From a virus, in the IMG/VR virus record IMGVR_UViG_3300045988_130116: 64,000 nucleotides of DNA, one strand, 5' to 3'. This document shows, piece by piece, positions 7,816 to 16,300 of the stretch (positions within the stretch are counted from its first letter, which is position 1; each line of letters opens with the position of its first letter). Position numbers and translations under genes: made by a program. The notes beneath the pieces are model-generated. The model made no database searches, was not told the DNA's origin, and saw only the letters and a list, made by a program, of their open reading frames with translations.

Positions 7816-10060
7816 AAGTATACCTATCTCAAAATACTTTGAGATTAAAAATCAAGAATATATATATTTAAAATTAATCCCAACAAAATCTATTAGAAAC
7901 AATCGAACATTTTCAATTCTATATCTTGTGAATAAAATGTTTGTAAACTTAAATAAACTTATACAAATCGAGAATAAAAAAATTATTCTAAAAACACAAT
8001 TCAAAGCAAGTTATTATATACACATTACAAATGATAAAATTAATTTTTATTTTATTGTACCCAAATTATTCTATTCTAAATTCAAAGTTAAATTCAAAGA
8101 AATATGGAAGTCTGTAGAGATAAAAGAAGTTGATAATATTCCTTTAATAGAAGGCGGATCTAAATATCAACTTGTCTATAAAAATAGAGACTTTTTATCT
8201 AGCGATACAGATATGAGAAATAATGATTTATTAAATGCAAATATGAATGTAATTGAATTACTTCAAGATGAAGAAGAGGCAGGGATATTTTATAACTTCA
8301 TTCCTGTATCAGAAAAGCAATCAAATTATTTTAGAGCATCTTGTCAAAAGTTTATAAAAGAATACAGAAATACTTCTGTTAAATATACTTCAAATAAAAT
8401 GATGAATATTGTTATTAAGATATTAGATTTTACTGTGGATTTTTTTAATTCAACTTTAGACTTAATGTTTGGAGTTAAACAAAATAAATCAGAAAAAGTT
8501 GTTAATTTTGATTCTTTAAGTAACAATACTTTAAAAAAGGGAATGAGTGATTTATGCAAAACCCAAATCCTAATTTCTACAAAAGGAGAAAATAAGAGAA
8601 GAGATAAGATTATAGCAGATGCTATTGTTGGTTCTTATGGAGAGATAAAAGATGATAATGAATTTATATGTAGGAGAGTGAAAAAAGAAATGGATATTTT
8701 GAAACCTGTGTTAAGCAATGTTAATCAATTAAATACATCTGTACTTGAATGTAGTAATTTTATTGCACTTCCGGGAGAAGAATTAATTCAACAATTCCCT
8801 AATATAGAACATAATAGTGTATATAATAAAAAATTCCCTAGATGTTTAGCTAATGGTGATATACTTATAGGAACATCTTTAAAAAATGAACCTATCTATT
8901 ATTCTACAGATAAAGAATTAAGCCGTCTAGGAAGGATTCTAATGGGCGGTATGGGTTGTGGTAAAACTTATTACATGACAAACCTTGCTAAATCTATAAT
9001 AGCTAAAGGAGATGGATTAGTAGTATTAGATATTATTAGAGATTGTAGTCTGTCAGAAACCATAAAAAAGGTAATTCCTAAAGATAGACTTATAGAAATT
9101 GATTGCAGTAATTATAATCAACTACAAGGATTCTGTTTTAATGAATTAACTTGTGATGATAGTGAGGATAAATATAAGAAATTAGCCAAATGTATGGAAA
9201 AGGCTACACAATTACACATCTTATTAAACACTATTAATGCAGATACTAAATTAACTCCTAGAATGCTTAGATATTTTTATTCTGCTTGTACGGTAGCCTT
9301 TTATAAAAATTTTAATGCCAGTTTTAAAGATATAATAGGTATACTTATGTATCCTAATGCAAGAAGAAAAGCCTTAGAATGGCTTACAGAAGGTCAAAAA
9401 AAATTACTTGAAGATGAAATAAACGATTTAAGTGAGTTAGATAAAGAAAATAAAGATGGGGAAGTGGAAAATTACGATAGCAAGATAGATGGTATAATAG
9501 ATAGAGTGAGCTTATTAAAAACCAATTTATATACTAAACTAGCCTTCAATAAGTCAGCGGAAGAGAATATAAATTTTGTAAAAGCATTAGATGAAAATAA
9601 AGTTATATTAATAAAGGCTAGAGAAGAGGATTTTACTAACAGAAATATAAGAGATTTAATTGCTACATTTTATTTAAGTAAAGTTTGGTTGTCAAAACAA
9701 ATCAGTTCAAATACTAGAACAGAAATATTCTTTGATGAAATCAATCTATTTCCAACAGCACAGACAATTCTTCAAGATATATTAACTGAATGTAGAAAGT
9801 ATTCTTTTATACCTACGATATCTTTACACTTCTTAAATCAATGTAATAAAAAATGCAAAGATGCAATTTTAAGCAGCGGTTGCAGTTTTATCCTCCTTGC
9901 AGGAGCTGATGTAAAGTGTTTTGAAGAACTAAGGGGATTATTCTATAAAGAAGGGTATACAGAGACGGATATGCTTAATTTGAAGCGATTTCATGCATTG
10001 TGTTTAATCAGAAATGAAGAGAAAGGATATTCGGCATTTATTGTAAAGTTGCCAAAATAA
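7808..10060 (+). CDS. P-loop ATPase, FtsK/HerA/VirB4/TraG-superfamily-like (750 aa)
   Basis: Walker A GGMGCGKTY, then the LVVLDIIRD strand, Walker B TEIFFDEINLF. GTG 7808 lies 9 nt after AGGAG and overlaps the upstream stop. The ~370-aa N-terminal region has no motif I recognise. Confidence 0.7.
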   Translation: MLKSIPISKYFEIKNQEYIYLKLIPTKSIRNNRTFSILYLVNKMFVNLNKLIQIENKKIILKTQFKASYYIHITNDKINFYFIVPKLFYSKFKVKFKEIWKSVEIKEVDNIPLIEGGSKYQLVYKNRDFLSSDTDMRNNDLLNANMNVIELLQDEEEAGIFYNFIPVSEKQSNYFRASCQKFIKEYRNTSVKYTSNKMMNIVIKILDFTVDFFNSTLDLMFGVKQNKSEKVVNFDSLSNNTLKKGMSDLCKTQILISTKGENKRRDKIIADAIVGSYGEIKDDNEFICRRVKKEMDILKPVLSNVNQLNTSVLECSNFIALPGEELIQQFPNIEHNSVYNKKFPRCLANGDILIGTSLKNEPIYYSTDKELSRLGRILMGGMGCGKTYYMTNLAKSIIAKGDGLVVLDIIRDCSLSETIKKVIPKDRLIEIDCSNYNQLQGFCFNELTCDDSEDKYKKLAKCMEKATQLHILLNTINADTKLTPRMLRYFYSACTVAFYKNFNASFKDIIGILMYPNARRKALEWLTEGQKKLLEDEINDLSELDKENKDGEVENYDSKIDGIIDRVSLLKTNLYTKLAFNKSAEENINFVKALDENKVILIKAREEDFTNRNIRDLIATFYLSKVWLSKQISSNTRTEIFFDEINLFPTAQTILQDILTECRKYSFIPTISLHFLNQCNKKCKDAILSSGCSFILLAGADVKCFEELRGLFYKEGYTETDMLNLKRFHALCLIRNEEKGYSAFIVKLPK

Positions 10061-10063
10061 CTA

Positions 10064-10092
10064 TTGACAAAATATGTAACTTATTGTATCAT
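10064..10092 (+). promoter_or_regulatory. possible promoter of a short (~90-nt) transcript
   Basis: TTGACA, 17 nt, TATCAT (with TG just upstream), starting 4 nt after the ATPase stop. Only a terminator lies downstream. Confidence 0.3.
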
Positions 10093-10154
10093 ATAATTGT
10101 AATTGATATTTATATGTGCCTATATGGATAATTCGTATAGGTTGATTAACCCAA

Positions 10155-10191
10155 AATAAGAGTTGAAATATCTCCAACTCTTATTTTTTTT
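10155..10191. terminator. rho-independent terminator, partly bidirectional
   Basis: AATAAGAGTTG / CAACTCTTATT 11-bp stem, 9-nt loop, T-run on the plus strand and an A4 run upstream. Lies at the convergence of the two strand modules. Confidence 0.75.
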
Positions 10192-10296
10192 ATACATTTT
10201 TATATAATTTTATTTATTTTTATATACTTTTTAAAAAGGGGCGTATTTCACCTAAATTGCTATAACCGATATGAACATTCCGCATATATTTCAGTT

Positions 10297-10343
10297 AGCT
10301 ATTTTATAGCTATTACATATATGCTACATATATCATAGCATAT
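10297..10343. repeat. cluster of inverted repeats in the convergent intergenic region
   Basis: AGCTAT-TTT-ATAGCT (10297-10311) and ATATGCTA-9 nt-TAGCATAT (10319-10343). GCTAT/ATAGC words recur 5-6 times. An AT-rich TTTTATATA tract lies at 10190-10240. Confidence 0.5.
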
Positions 10344-10406
10344 GCAAATTGGTATCAAAAATATTCCAATTTAACAAAGTTTTAATAATTTTAATAATAT
10401 TGTTAA

Positions 10407-10628
10407 CTATTTTTGCTTTTCATATTCTAGTATTTTATTGAGTATATCTACCTGCATTTCTTGAGAAATATCTAATCTTGTTTTTAATTTAAATATCTCT
10501 TTATTCAAACATTTTCTTAATTCATCAGATATACTATAACCTAAAACATTTTCCATCGCTTTTATTTTATTTTTAATCGGTGCTTGTTTTCTTTCGAATA
10601 AATTATTTATTTCATTATATAAAATCAT
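10407..10628 (-). CDS. hypothetical protein (73 aa)
   Basis: Track ORF, last gene of the minus-strand array. No motif recognised. Confidence 0.55.
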   Translation of the reverse strand: MILYNEINNLFERKQAPIKNKIKAMENVLGYSISDELRKCLNKEIFKLKTRLDISQEMQVDILNKILEYEKQK

Positions 10629-10649
10629 ATTATCTCCTTTCTAAATTTA

Positions 10650-11042
10650 TCAATCATTATCAGAAACATTATTTCTTATCATTTCAATCATGTATTTTTC
10701 AGGAACGGTATTAACTTCTATAAGATTTTGACAAGCATTCATACCAGTAATAAAGAAGATTATGATTATAATACTTCCAATAAAAAAAGAAATTCCAATA
10801 ATTAAATCCCAATCATACATACTTTTTCTTGTCACTTTTGTTATTTTAACCAAAGCAAATACAGTTGCACTAATAATTAAAATAGACATAGCTAACCATA
10901 AAATATTTGTATATATTGCATATTTTGTTATTCTAACCATTAAATCTTGTAAGTAAGGCATCACATTATTTGATGACCAGTCTATCGCTATACCAAACTT
11001 ATCACATAAGTGGTCTAACACTTTAATTATTTCATTACTCAT
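10650..11042 (-). CDS. membrane protein (2 TM helices)
   Basis: ATG 11042 lies 5 nt after AGGTGA (track start is GTG 11051). Hydrophobic helices ILWLAMSILIISATVFALV and IGISFFIGSIIIIIFFITG. Confidence 0.6.
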   Translation of the reverse strand: MSNEIIKVLDHLCDKFGIAIDWSSNNVMPYLQDLMVRITKYAIYTNILWLAMSILIISATVFALVKITKVTRKSMYDWDLIIGISFFIGSIIIIIFFITGMNACQNLIEVNTVPEKYMIEMIRNNVSDND

Positions 11043-11051
11043 ATTATTCAC

Positions 11052-11249
11052 CTATTTATTATACTGTTGTTCCAGTATTTCTTTTATTTTTAATAATTCA
11101 TTATATAAATCTTGATTTAATTCCATTCTAAATTTCTCTGCGTCAGATATAAAAGAACCAGTAGAAGTAATCAAATATTCTTCTGCTTTAATTGAACGTA
11201 ATTCACTAACTACTAGCTCAATCAATATAAGAAGTTGCTTTTTATTCAT
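11052..11249 (-). CDS. hypothetical protein (65 aa)
   Basis: Track ORF. ATG after AGGAGAATAAT. Confidence 0.6.
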   Translation of the reverse strand: MNKKQLLILIELVVSELRSIKAEEYLITSTGSFISDAEKFRMELNQDLYNELLKIKEILEQQYNK

Positions 11250-11258
11250 ATTATTCTC

Positions 11259-11834
11259 CTATCTAGTTCCAGTGCTCCCAAAACCGCCTCTGTTTTCATT
11301 TTCTAAAGAATCTACTTCTATAAAGGTTGGTTTTTCCATAACGTCTACAATTTCAAATTGGGCTATTTTATCACCTTTTCTTATCCAAGTCCCTTCTATA
11401 ATACAAAAATCGTCTTTACAAGTGAAATTTGGAACTTCTAAAGTTTTTGGAAACAAGCAATATAACGGTATTTTCCACTCATCTCCATCCCCACAGTAAG
11501 TATTATCAATTATCCCAACGGAATTTGTCTGTATGCATCCCCAAGTTTTAAAAGTAGAACTCCTTGGATAAAGTTTAGCCATTTTACCTTTTGGCAATTG
11601 CATAGCGAATCCTAAAGGTATCATTCTCATTTCATTTTTGGGTATGAAAACATCTTCTCTTGAATAAACATCTATTAAATCACCTTTTGGATTTATCTTT
11701 AATTTAGTTGCTCCTTCAAAATATTTAATTTTTATATTCATACTACCACTCCATTCTGTTTTATTTATATATTTTAAAAATTTATTTTTATATTTTGTTA
11801 TATAATCATAATCTTCAAATTCAAATTTACTCAT
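11259..11834 (-). CDS. dut: dUTP diphosphatase (trimeric dUTPase family)
   Basis: Motif 3 GIIDNTYCGDGDEW and C-terminal motif 5 RGGFGSTG. Confidence 0.85.
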   Translation of the reverse strand: MSKFEFEDYDYITKYKNKFLKYINKTEWSGSMNIKIKYFEGATKLKINPKGDLIDVYSREDVFIPKNEMRMIPLGFAMQLPKGKMAKLYPRSSTFKTWGCIQTNSVGIIDNTYCGDGDEWKIPLYCLFPKTLEVPNFTCKDDFCIIEGTWIRKGDKIAQFEIVDVMEKPTFIEVDSLENENRGGFGSTGTR

Positions 11835-11836
11835 AT

Positions 11837-12058
11837 TTATTCAACTCCAACTACTGCATCTGCATACCAATAATATCTACCTTTGTCTAAATCTATCATA
11901 AATCTTACTATAGGGGAAGGATTATTGTCCATTTTTGTTATAGTAGCGGTTTTACCTGCATACTGAAACATATCTTCTGTTAAATCAATATATCTACCAT
12001 AATCTAAATCACAAGCTATTCTAATCTTATCTCCTACTTTAAGTCTTCTTAATTTCAT
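11837..12058 (-). CDS. hypothetical protein (73 aa)
   Basis: ATG 12058 lies 4 nt after AAAGGAGAGGGTAG and 1 nt after the upstream stop. Track start 12094 overlaps the upstream gene. Confidence 0.6.
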   Translation of the reverse strand: MKLRRLKVGDKIRIACDLDYGRYIDLTEDMFQYAGKTATITKMDNNPSPIVRFMIDLDKGRYYWYADAVVGVE

Positions 12059-12059
12059 A

Positions 12060-12482
12060 CTACCCTCTCCTTTCAATATTATCAAACCCTTCAATTATAC
12101 AAGGTGGTTCAATATTTTCAGATTCATTTAGTAACCAATGTGAAGATACAAATTTCTTCTTAAAATAAACACAATCAATTTCTACATCTTTTACATCTTC
12201 CTTAACATAAGAAATTATATTTTTCCTTCCTTCTCTAGTAAGATTACGCCCATCATATATAACAGAGTAACCTTTCTTTAAGTTGTCAACTATTTCTTGT
12301 TTTGCTTTATCTATTATAATACTAGATTTGCCATCAGTAAGTCTTTTTAAATAACCAAATTCTTTTACTTCTAAAACATCATAAGAAACAATTACCGTAT
12401 CTTTATTCCCAAATGCATATTGTTTAGCATAAGTGGTTTTACCAGTGTTCGGTAATCCTACCAACATTATAAATTTATTCAA
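12060..12482 (-). CDS. P-loop kinase (AAA_33 / polynucleotide- or dNMP-kinase-like)
   Basis: Walker A GLPNTGKTT near the N-terminus. Start is TTG 12482 (after GGAGGGGA) or ATG 12467. Track start 12593 overlaps the upstream gene. Confidence 0.7.
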   Translation of the reverse strand: MNKFIMLVGLPNTGKTTYAKQYAFGNKDTVIVSYDVLEVKEFGYLKRLTDGKSSIIIDKAKQEIVDNLKKGYSVIYDGRNLTREGRKNIISYVKEDVKDVEIDCVYFKKKFVSSHWLLNESENIEPPCIIEGFDNIERRG

Positions 12483-12483
12483 A

Positions 12484-12723
12484 TTATCCCCTCCTATAGA
12501 AATTGCAAGAGACTGAATGGAAACTTCTATTTTTACCTTTAGTGCATATCTGTCCTGAAGGCTTAGAGAAATCATAATATTCACAAAATCCACAACATTT
12601 AGTATTTATATTCCATTCTTTAGCCTTCAAGCAGATACCTAAAGCATCTATTATTTCACAATCATTACACTTTCTTCTCTCACAATATTCTTTAATTTCT
12701 GAAAGTGATTGATAAATGCTCAT
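12484..12723 (-). CDS. Cys-rich small protein (79 aa)
   Basis: Track ORF. 11 Cys, including CERRKCNDC and CCGFC. Confidence 0.6.
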   Translation of the reverse strand: MSIYQSLSEIKEYCERRKCNDCEIIDALGICLKAKEWNINTKCCGFCEYYDFSKPSGQICTKGKNRSFHSVSCNFYRRG

Positions 12724-12726
12724 ATT

Positions 12727-12891
12727 TTAATCCACATCCTCACAATGTTCACAATCATTACAGTTTAAATATCTCCCATGAGTATCAACGAATATATTTT
12801 CATCACATTCATGGAATATGGTTTCTTCATCATAAATATCAAATAGGTCATCAATCCAACAGTCAAAGTAGTTACACCATTTCATATTCAT
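12727..12891 (-). CDS. acidic Cys-rich small protein (54 aa)
   Basis: Not in the track (<60 aa). ATG after GGAAAGGGTG, directly downstream of promoter 12915-12943. MNMKWCNYFDCWIDD..CNDCEHCEDVD. Confidence 0.55.
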   Translation of the reverse strand: MNMKWCNYFDCWIDDLFDIYDEETIFHECDENIFVDTHGRYLNCNDCEHCEDVD

Positions 12892-12914
12892 CACCCTTTC
12901 CTTATTATATTTAT

Positions 12915-12943
12915 ATTATATCATATTTTAATATTGTTGTCAA
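12915..12943 (-). promoter_or_regulatory. sigma-A promoter (family copy)
   Basis: Minus-strand read TTGACAACAATATTAAAATATGATATAAT. Precedes CDS 12727..12891. Confidence 0.75.
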
Positions 12944-12949
12944 GTAATT

Positions 12950-14005
12950 TTATAAACTTTCTTTTGTTTCTTCTTTATATTTATCAACATAATGAGAAAT
13001 TAATTTTAATTCTTTATTACCTCTACAATCACTATTTAATATACTTCTAACTGAACTTTGAGGTATCCATATATCCTCTTTATTATATTCTCCAGTAAGA
13101 AAATAAGTGGTATTATATTTTAGATAATTATTAAATTCATTTCCTATAGTATCAATACCACAACAACATCTGCTCTCTGAATACTCATGTAGGTCGTTAT
13201 CTCCACAACCCACAGGACAAATTGCAATTTCTTTAATCTTATTTACGTTTCTTAATTTAAATTCTTTTACCATTTCATAATGTCTACTTTTTTTAGGTTT
13301 ATAAAATGGGTACATATCTTTAATAGGTTGTAATCTTTTCTTTAATCGAGAATCATTTGTAGGTATTTTTAAGTGTTCTACGGTTATATAATCAACAATT
13401 CCTTTGGTGTCTTCAACTACTCCTAGAGCATCTTCTAAATGAATTAAAGGCTGTATTCTTAATCCTACCCAAAACCCTTTATTTTTTAATTCTTTCATAA
13501 ACAATATTCTTTCTTCTACAGTAGGAGTGTTCTTTTCGAATTTTCTAATAGTATCATTATTGTTAGAGAATAAGCTTATTTGAAAAGCATGAGTTTTAGG
13601 ATTTAATATTTCCCAATATTCACTTGGTAACTCGGCACATTTAGTTGAAATCATAACTGGGTATTCGTATTTATTTAATAACGTTAATAATCCATATGTT
13701 ATTTTATCTGTAAACTCTCTTTGTTGAAATGGGTCTGACATACCTCCTAAATGAAAAGGTACTCTATGTCTTAATAGCTCCATATTTATACCCCTAGTTT
13801 TACAATCTGTTTCAAATGCTCGATACAGTGTTTTTTCAAAATTATTTAAATCTATAAACTCACTCTCTCGACCTCTCACAGTAACAGGACTACGCCCTTT
13901 AACAAAACAATATTCACAACCAAAGGTACAACTATTATATGTATCTATTCTAAAAGGGTTTCCACAAAATTTAAATTGATTTGTAATTGAAAAAAAATTA
14001 CTCAT
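12950..14005 (-). CDS. radical SAM enzyme, COG1533 / spore-photoproduct-lyase-like family
   Basis: FCGNPFRIDTYNSCTFGCEYCF (CxxxCxxC), HLGGMSDPFQQRE and VMISTK blocks. Extra C-terminal Cys cluster CPVGCG..SRCCCG. ATG 14005 after GAAGGAGA. Confidence 0.8.
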   Translation of the reverse strand: MSNFFSITNQFKFCGNPFRIDTYNSCTFGCEYCFVKGRSPVTVRGRESEFIDLNNFEKTLYRAFETDCKTRGINMELLRHRVPFHLGGMSDPFQQREFTDKITYGLLTLLNKYEYPVMISTKCAELPSEYWEILNPKTHAFQISLFSNNNDTIRKFEKNTPTVEERILFMKELKNKGFWVGLRIQPLIHLEDALGVVEDTKGIVDYITVEHLKIPTNDSRLKKRLQPIKDMYPFYKPKKSRHYEMVKEFKLRNVNKIKEIAICPVGCGDNDLHEYSESRCCCGIDTIGNEFNNYLKYNTTYFLTGEYNKEDIWIPQSSVRSILNSDCRGNKELKLISHYVDKYKEETKESL

Positions 14006-14006
14006 A

Positions 14007-14298
14007 TTATCTCCTTCTTTCATATTTACGCTGAACATTAACTTTACGTTGAACATTAACCCCATCTATGTTTGCCCATTGATACATTCTTGCTAAATAT
14101 ATTTCTTTATATTCATTTAGGTCAATATTATTTTTTTCTATATATTTATCTATTATTTCTTTTTTGCTCTGAAATTTTCTTTTCGTTTTCTTTCATCTTT
14201 TTCTTCCTACCTTGAATACAAAACATCAAGCCGTCAGATAATAATTGACATAAATCATCAAGCATAGATGTTATTTTCCCGTAATGTTCCGTTTTCAT
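14007..14298 (-). pseudogene. small ORF split by a 1-nt frame change at an A6 run
   Basis: ATG 14298: MKTEHYGKITSMLDDLCQLLSDGL..EQKRNNR* (50 aa). A second frame stays open from the A6 run (T6 at 14160-14165 on the plus strand) to TAA 14007: KEIIDKYIEKNNIDLNEYKEIYLARMYQWANIDG... Confidence 0.35.
14025..14060. repeat. 2 x 18-bp tandem repeat
   Basis: TTTACGCTGAACATTAAC / TTTACGTTGAACATTAAC (one mismatch), just upstream of the radical SAM SD. Confidence 0.8.
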
Positions 14299-14322
14299 AT
14301 TATTACTCCTTTCTATATTTAT

Positions 14323-14351
14323 ATTATATCATATTTTAATAATGTTGTCAA
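14323..14351 (-). promoter_or_regulatory. sigma-A promoter (family copy)
   Basis: TTGACAACATTATTAAAATATGATATAAT. Precedes 14298. Confidence 0.75.
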
Positions 14352-14357
14352 GTATTT

Positions 14358-14594
14358 TTATAAAATTTCTTCAAATTCAAATTTATCAAGTGTATTACTT
14401 ATAACAGTAAAATATTTATAATCTTCTTCTCCAGTAGCAAGATTCTTTATCTTTAACATTTTTTGATAACCTGCATAATTATTAAGAGTAGAAGATAAAA
14501 GAATCTCATCTCCTACTTTTAAATCTTTAAAAATCTTTGCCTGTGTTCTTTTTTTAATTTTCGTAACTCTTAATTTTAATTTTAATTCAAGCAT
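14358..14594 (-). CDS. hypothetical protein (78 aa)
   Basis: Track ORF. No motif recognised. Confidence 0.6.
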   Translation of the reverse strand: MLELKLKLRVTKIKKRTQAKIFKDLKVGDEILLSSTLNNYAGYQKMLKIKNLATGEEDYKYFTVISNTLDKFEFEEIL

Positions 14595-14597
14595 ACT

Positions 14598-15089
14598 TTA
14601 CTCCTTTATGTATTTTAAAATATCTAAATCATTAACCTTAATACAGTTATCTTGTAGCCATTTTAAAGGAATACTCTTTCTGTTATAAACTTCTTCAAAA
14701 TTTAAAAGCAACTTAGCATTAAATAAAAAGATTTCGTTCGTTTGTCTCATTTCTACAATCATATAAATTCTATCTGTATAGTTTAGATATTCCTCTATTA
14801 ATTCAAATTGATAAGGTTTTATATTGGATAGAGGGAAAGAAGCGGTATTATTACAACTTTTAGCTTCAATAAATATTATTTCTCCATTCTTTAAGCAACC
14901 ACAATAATCAAGGAACTCCGACTTACCTCTAGGATAAGCCGTAGCAATTTTACCTTTTTCCCCTCTAATAACTACCCAATCAGTAGGCACTTTAGATATA
15001 AAAGCTAATTTATTTTTTCTATATTCGTCAAACTTATTAGATAATCTTACTTCAAAATTTTTACCTATTTTATTACTATTTTTTGCCAT
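14598..15089 (-). CDS. recU: RecU-type Holliday junction resolvase
   Basis: GKNFEVRLSNKFDEY..LAFISKVPT, then DYCGCLKNGEIIFIEAKSCNNTASFPLSNI..Q, collinear with the RecU PD-(D/E)xK core (DY.G..I.FEAKET...SFPL.N). Confidence 0.88.
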   Translation of the reverse strand: MAKNSNKIGKNFEVRLSNKFDEYRKNKLAFISKVPTDWVVIRGEKGKIATAYPRGKSEFLDYCGCLKNGEIIFIEAKSCNNTASFPLSNIKPYQFELIEEYLNYTDRIYMIVEMRQTNEIFLFNAKLLLNFEEVYNRKSIPLKWLQDNCIKVNDLDILKYIKE

Positions 15090-15402
15090 TAAAATTCTCC
15101 GTTTCTTTTAATTCTTTTGATATTTCTTTTATCACTTCGGGGTTTTTCTTTTCATATATAATACAAAGAATTATCATTACTACTAAATAACAATGATATA
15201 TAGGTATAAAACATTTTAGAATTTCTTTTAAACAAGGATTTGCCATATCTTTTACGGCTTCCTTTGCTAATTCTTCTGTCATATAAAGTGAAAAAATATC
15301 TTTAGAATAAATATTTTTAGATAACTTTACAGTGAATATTTTCAACAAAACTAAAGCTATTAACGATACTAAAAGATAAATTAAAATTATTGTTCTTATC
15401 AT
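15076..15402 (-). CDS. membrane protein (paralogue of 15404..15706)
   Basis: ATG 15402 after AAAGGAGAATAAT. N- and C-terminal TM helices. Shares a C(F/M)IP(I/L).H motif with the upstream gene. Confidence 0.6.
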   Translation of the reverse strand: MIRTIILIYLLVSLIALVLLKIFTVKLSKNIYSKDIFSLYMTEELAKEAVKDMANPCLKEILKCFIPIYHCYLVVMIILCIIYEKKNPEVIKEISKELKETENFNGKK

Positions 15403-15403
15403 A

Positions 15404-15706
15404 TTATTCTCCTTTCGCAGCACTTAAAATACAAGTTTTATAATAATCATAATCCTTTTTCATCATTATGAATCCCCATATAAAACCAACTAAAGGAACA
15501 AAATGAACAAGAGGTATCATACAAGTAAGAGCTATACTAAAAGTATTCCCAAAAGATAAAATCAAATTTTTACCTTTTTCTGTTTTTATTAATTCTTCTA
15601 TAAGGTCTTTGTCACTGGCAGTTTTCTTTATAACATATTCTCCTATAAAGAAACTAACAATACTTATTATTATCCATACAACTACAAGGGCTTTAATTAT
15701 CACCAT
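15404..15706 (-). CDS. membrane protein
   Basis: Track ORF. TM helices at the N-terminus and at TCMIPLVHFVPLVGFIWGFIMM. Confidence 0.6.
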   Translation of the reverse strand: MVIIKALVVVWIIISIVSFFIGEYVIKKTASDKDLIEELIKTEKGKNLILSFGNTFSIALTCMIPLVHFVPLVGFIWGFIMMKKDYDYYKTCILSAAKGE

Positions 15707-15710
15707 TTTA

Positions 15711-16286
15711 TCATTCTCCTTTTAAAATATTTTCTATTATTCTATCTATATTATTAAAAACCTCTTCTAAAGGTTTATTAGTATCTATTTCATAATCTGT
15801 TTTAGGTCTTCTTTCTATAAAATCGAGTTCGTCCCTTCTAAAACGGTCTAAAACTTCATTTACATTGACATTTTCGTCCCTATTTAAGCTTCTAACTAAT
15901 CTAACTCTATCATCGCAATTAAGCATAATTGATACTAAATTATCTTTATATTGAGATTTGTTAAATTGATATAATCCATGAGGATTTAATATGGTTAAAG
16001 TATAATCACCTTTTTTAAACTCGTCTACAACATTAGCGTATCTATAAGACACATCTTCTGATTGAATATAATAAGAAGTATGTTCAATTACTTCCCCTTC
16101 TCTAAATTTCTTATCCATTTCTTCATCGGATATAAAATAGTACTCTATTCCTTGAGTTTCTTTCTCTCTCATAGGTCTTGTAGTATAAGATATTGCTATT
16201 GGTATATTATATTTTTCAGATATGTGTTTGACTACTGTATCTTTTCCAGTAGCAGATGCTCCTAATAAAACTATTATTTTTTTCAT
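15711..16286 (-). CDS. guanylate-kinase-family nucleoside monophosphate kinase
   Basis: P-loop GASATGKDT. SYTTRPMREKETQGIEYYF matches the guanylate kinase signature. Confidence 0.8.
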   Translation of the reverse strand: MKKIIVLLGASATGKDTVVKHISEKYNIPIAISYTTRPMREKETQGIEYYFISDEEMDKKFREGEVIEHTSYYIQSEDVSYRYANVVDEFKKGDYTLTILNPHGLYQFNKSQYKDNLVSIMLNCDDRVRLVRSLNRDENVNVNEVLDRFRRDELDFIERRPKTDYEIDTNKPLEEVFNNIDRIIENILKGE

Positions 16287-16300
16287 ATCGTCACCCTTTC

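Noticed and set aside
12484-14005. Radical SAM enzyme plus two adjacent Cys-rich small ORFs as a RiPP (sactipeptide/SCIFF-like) cluster
   Set aside because: The radical SAM sequence follows the COG1533/SPL-like block order rather than a SPASM maturase layout. A separate promoter divides it from the small ORFs. CxxC-rich small proteins are common all over this element. The idea stays open only as a remote possibility.
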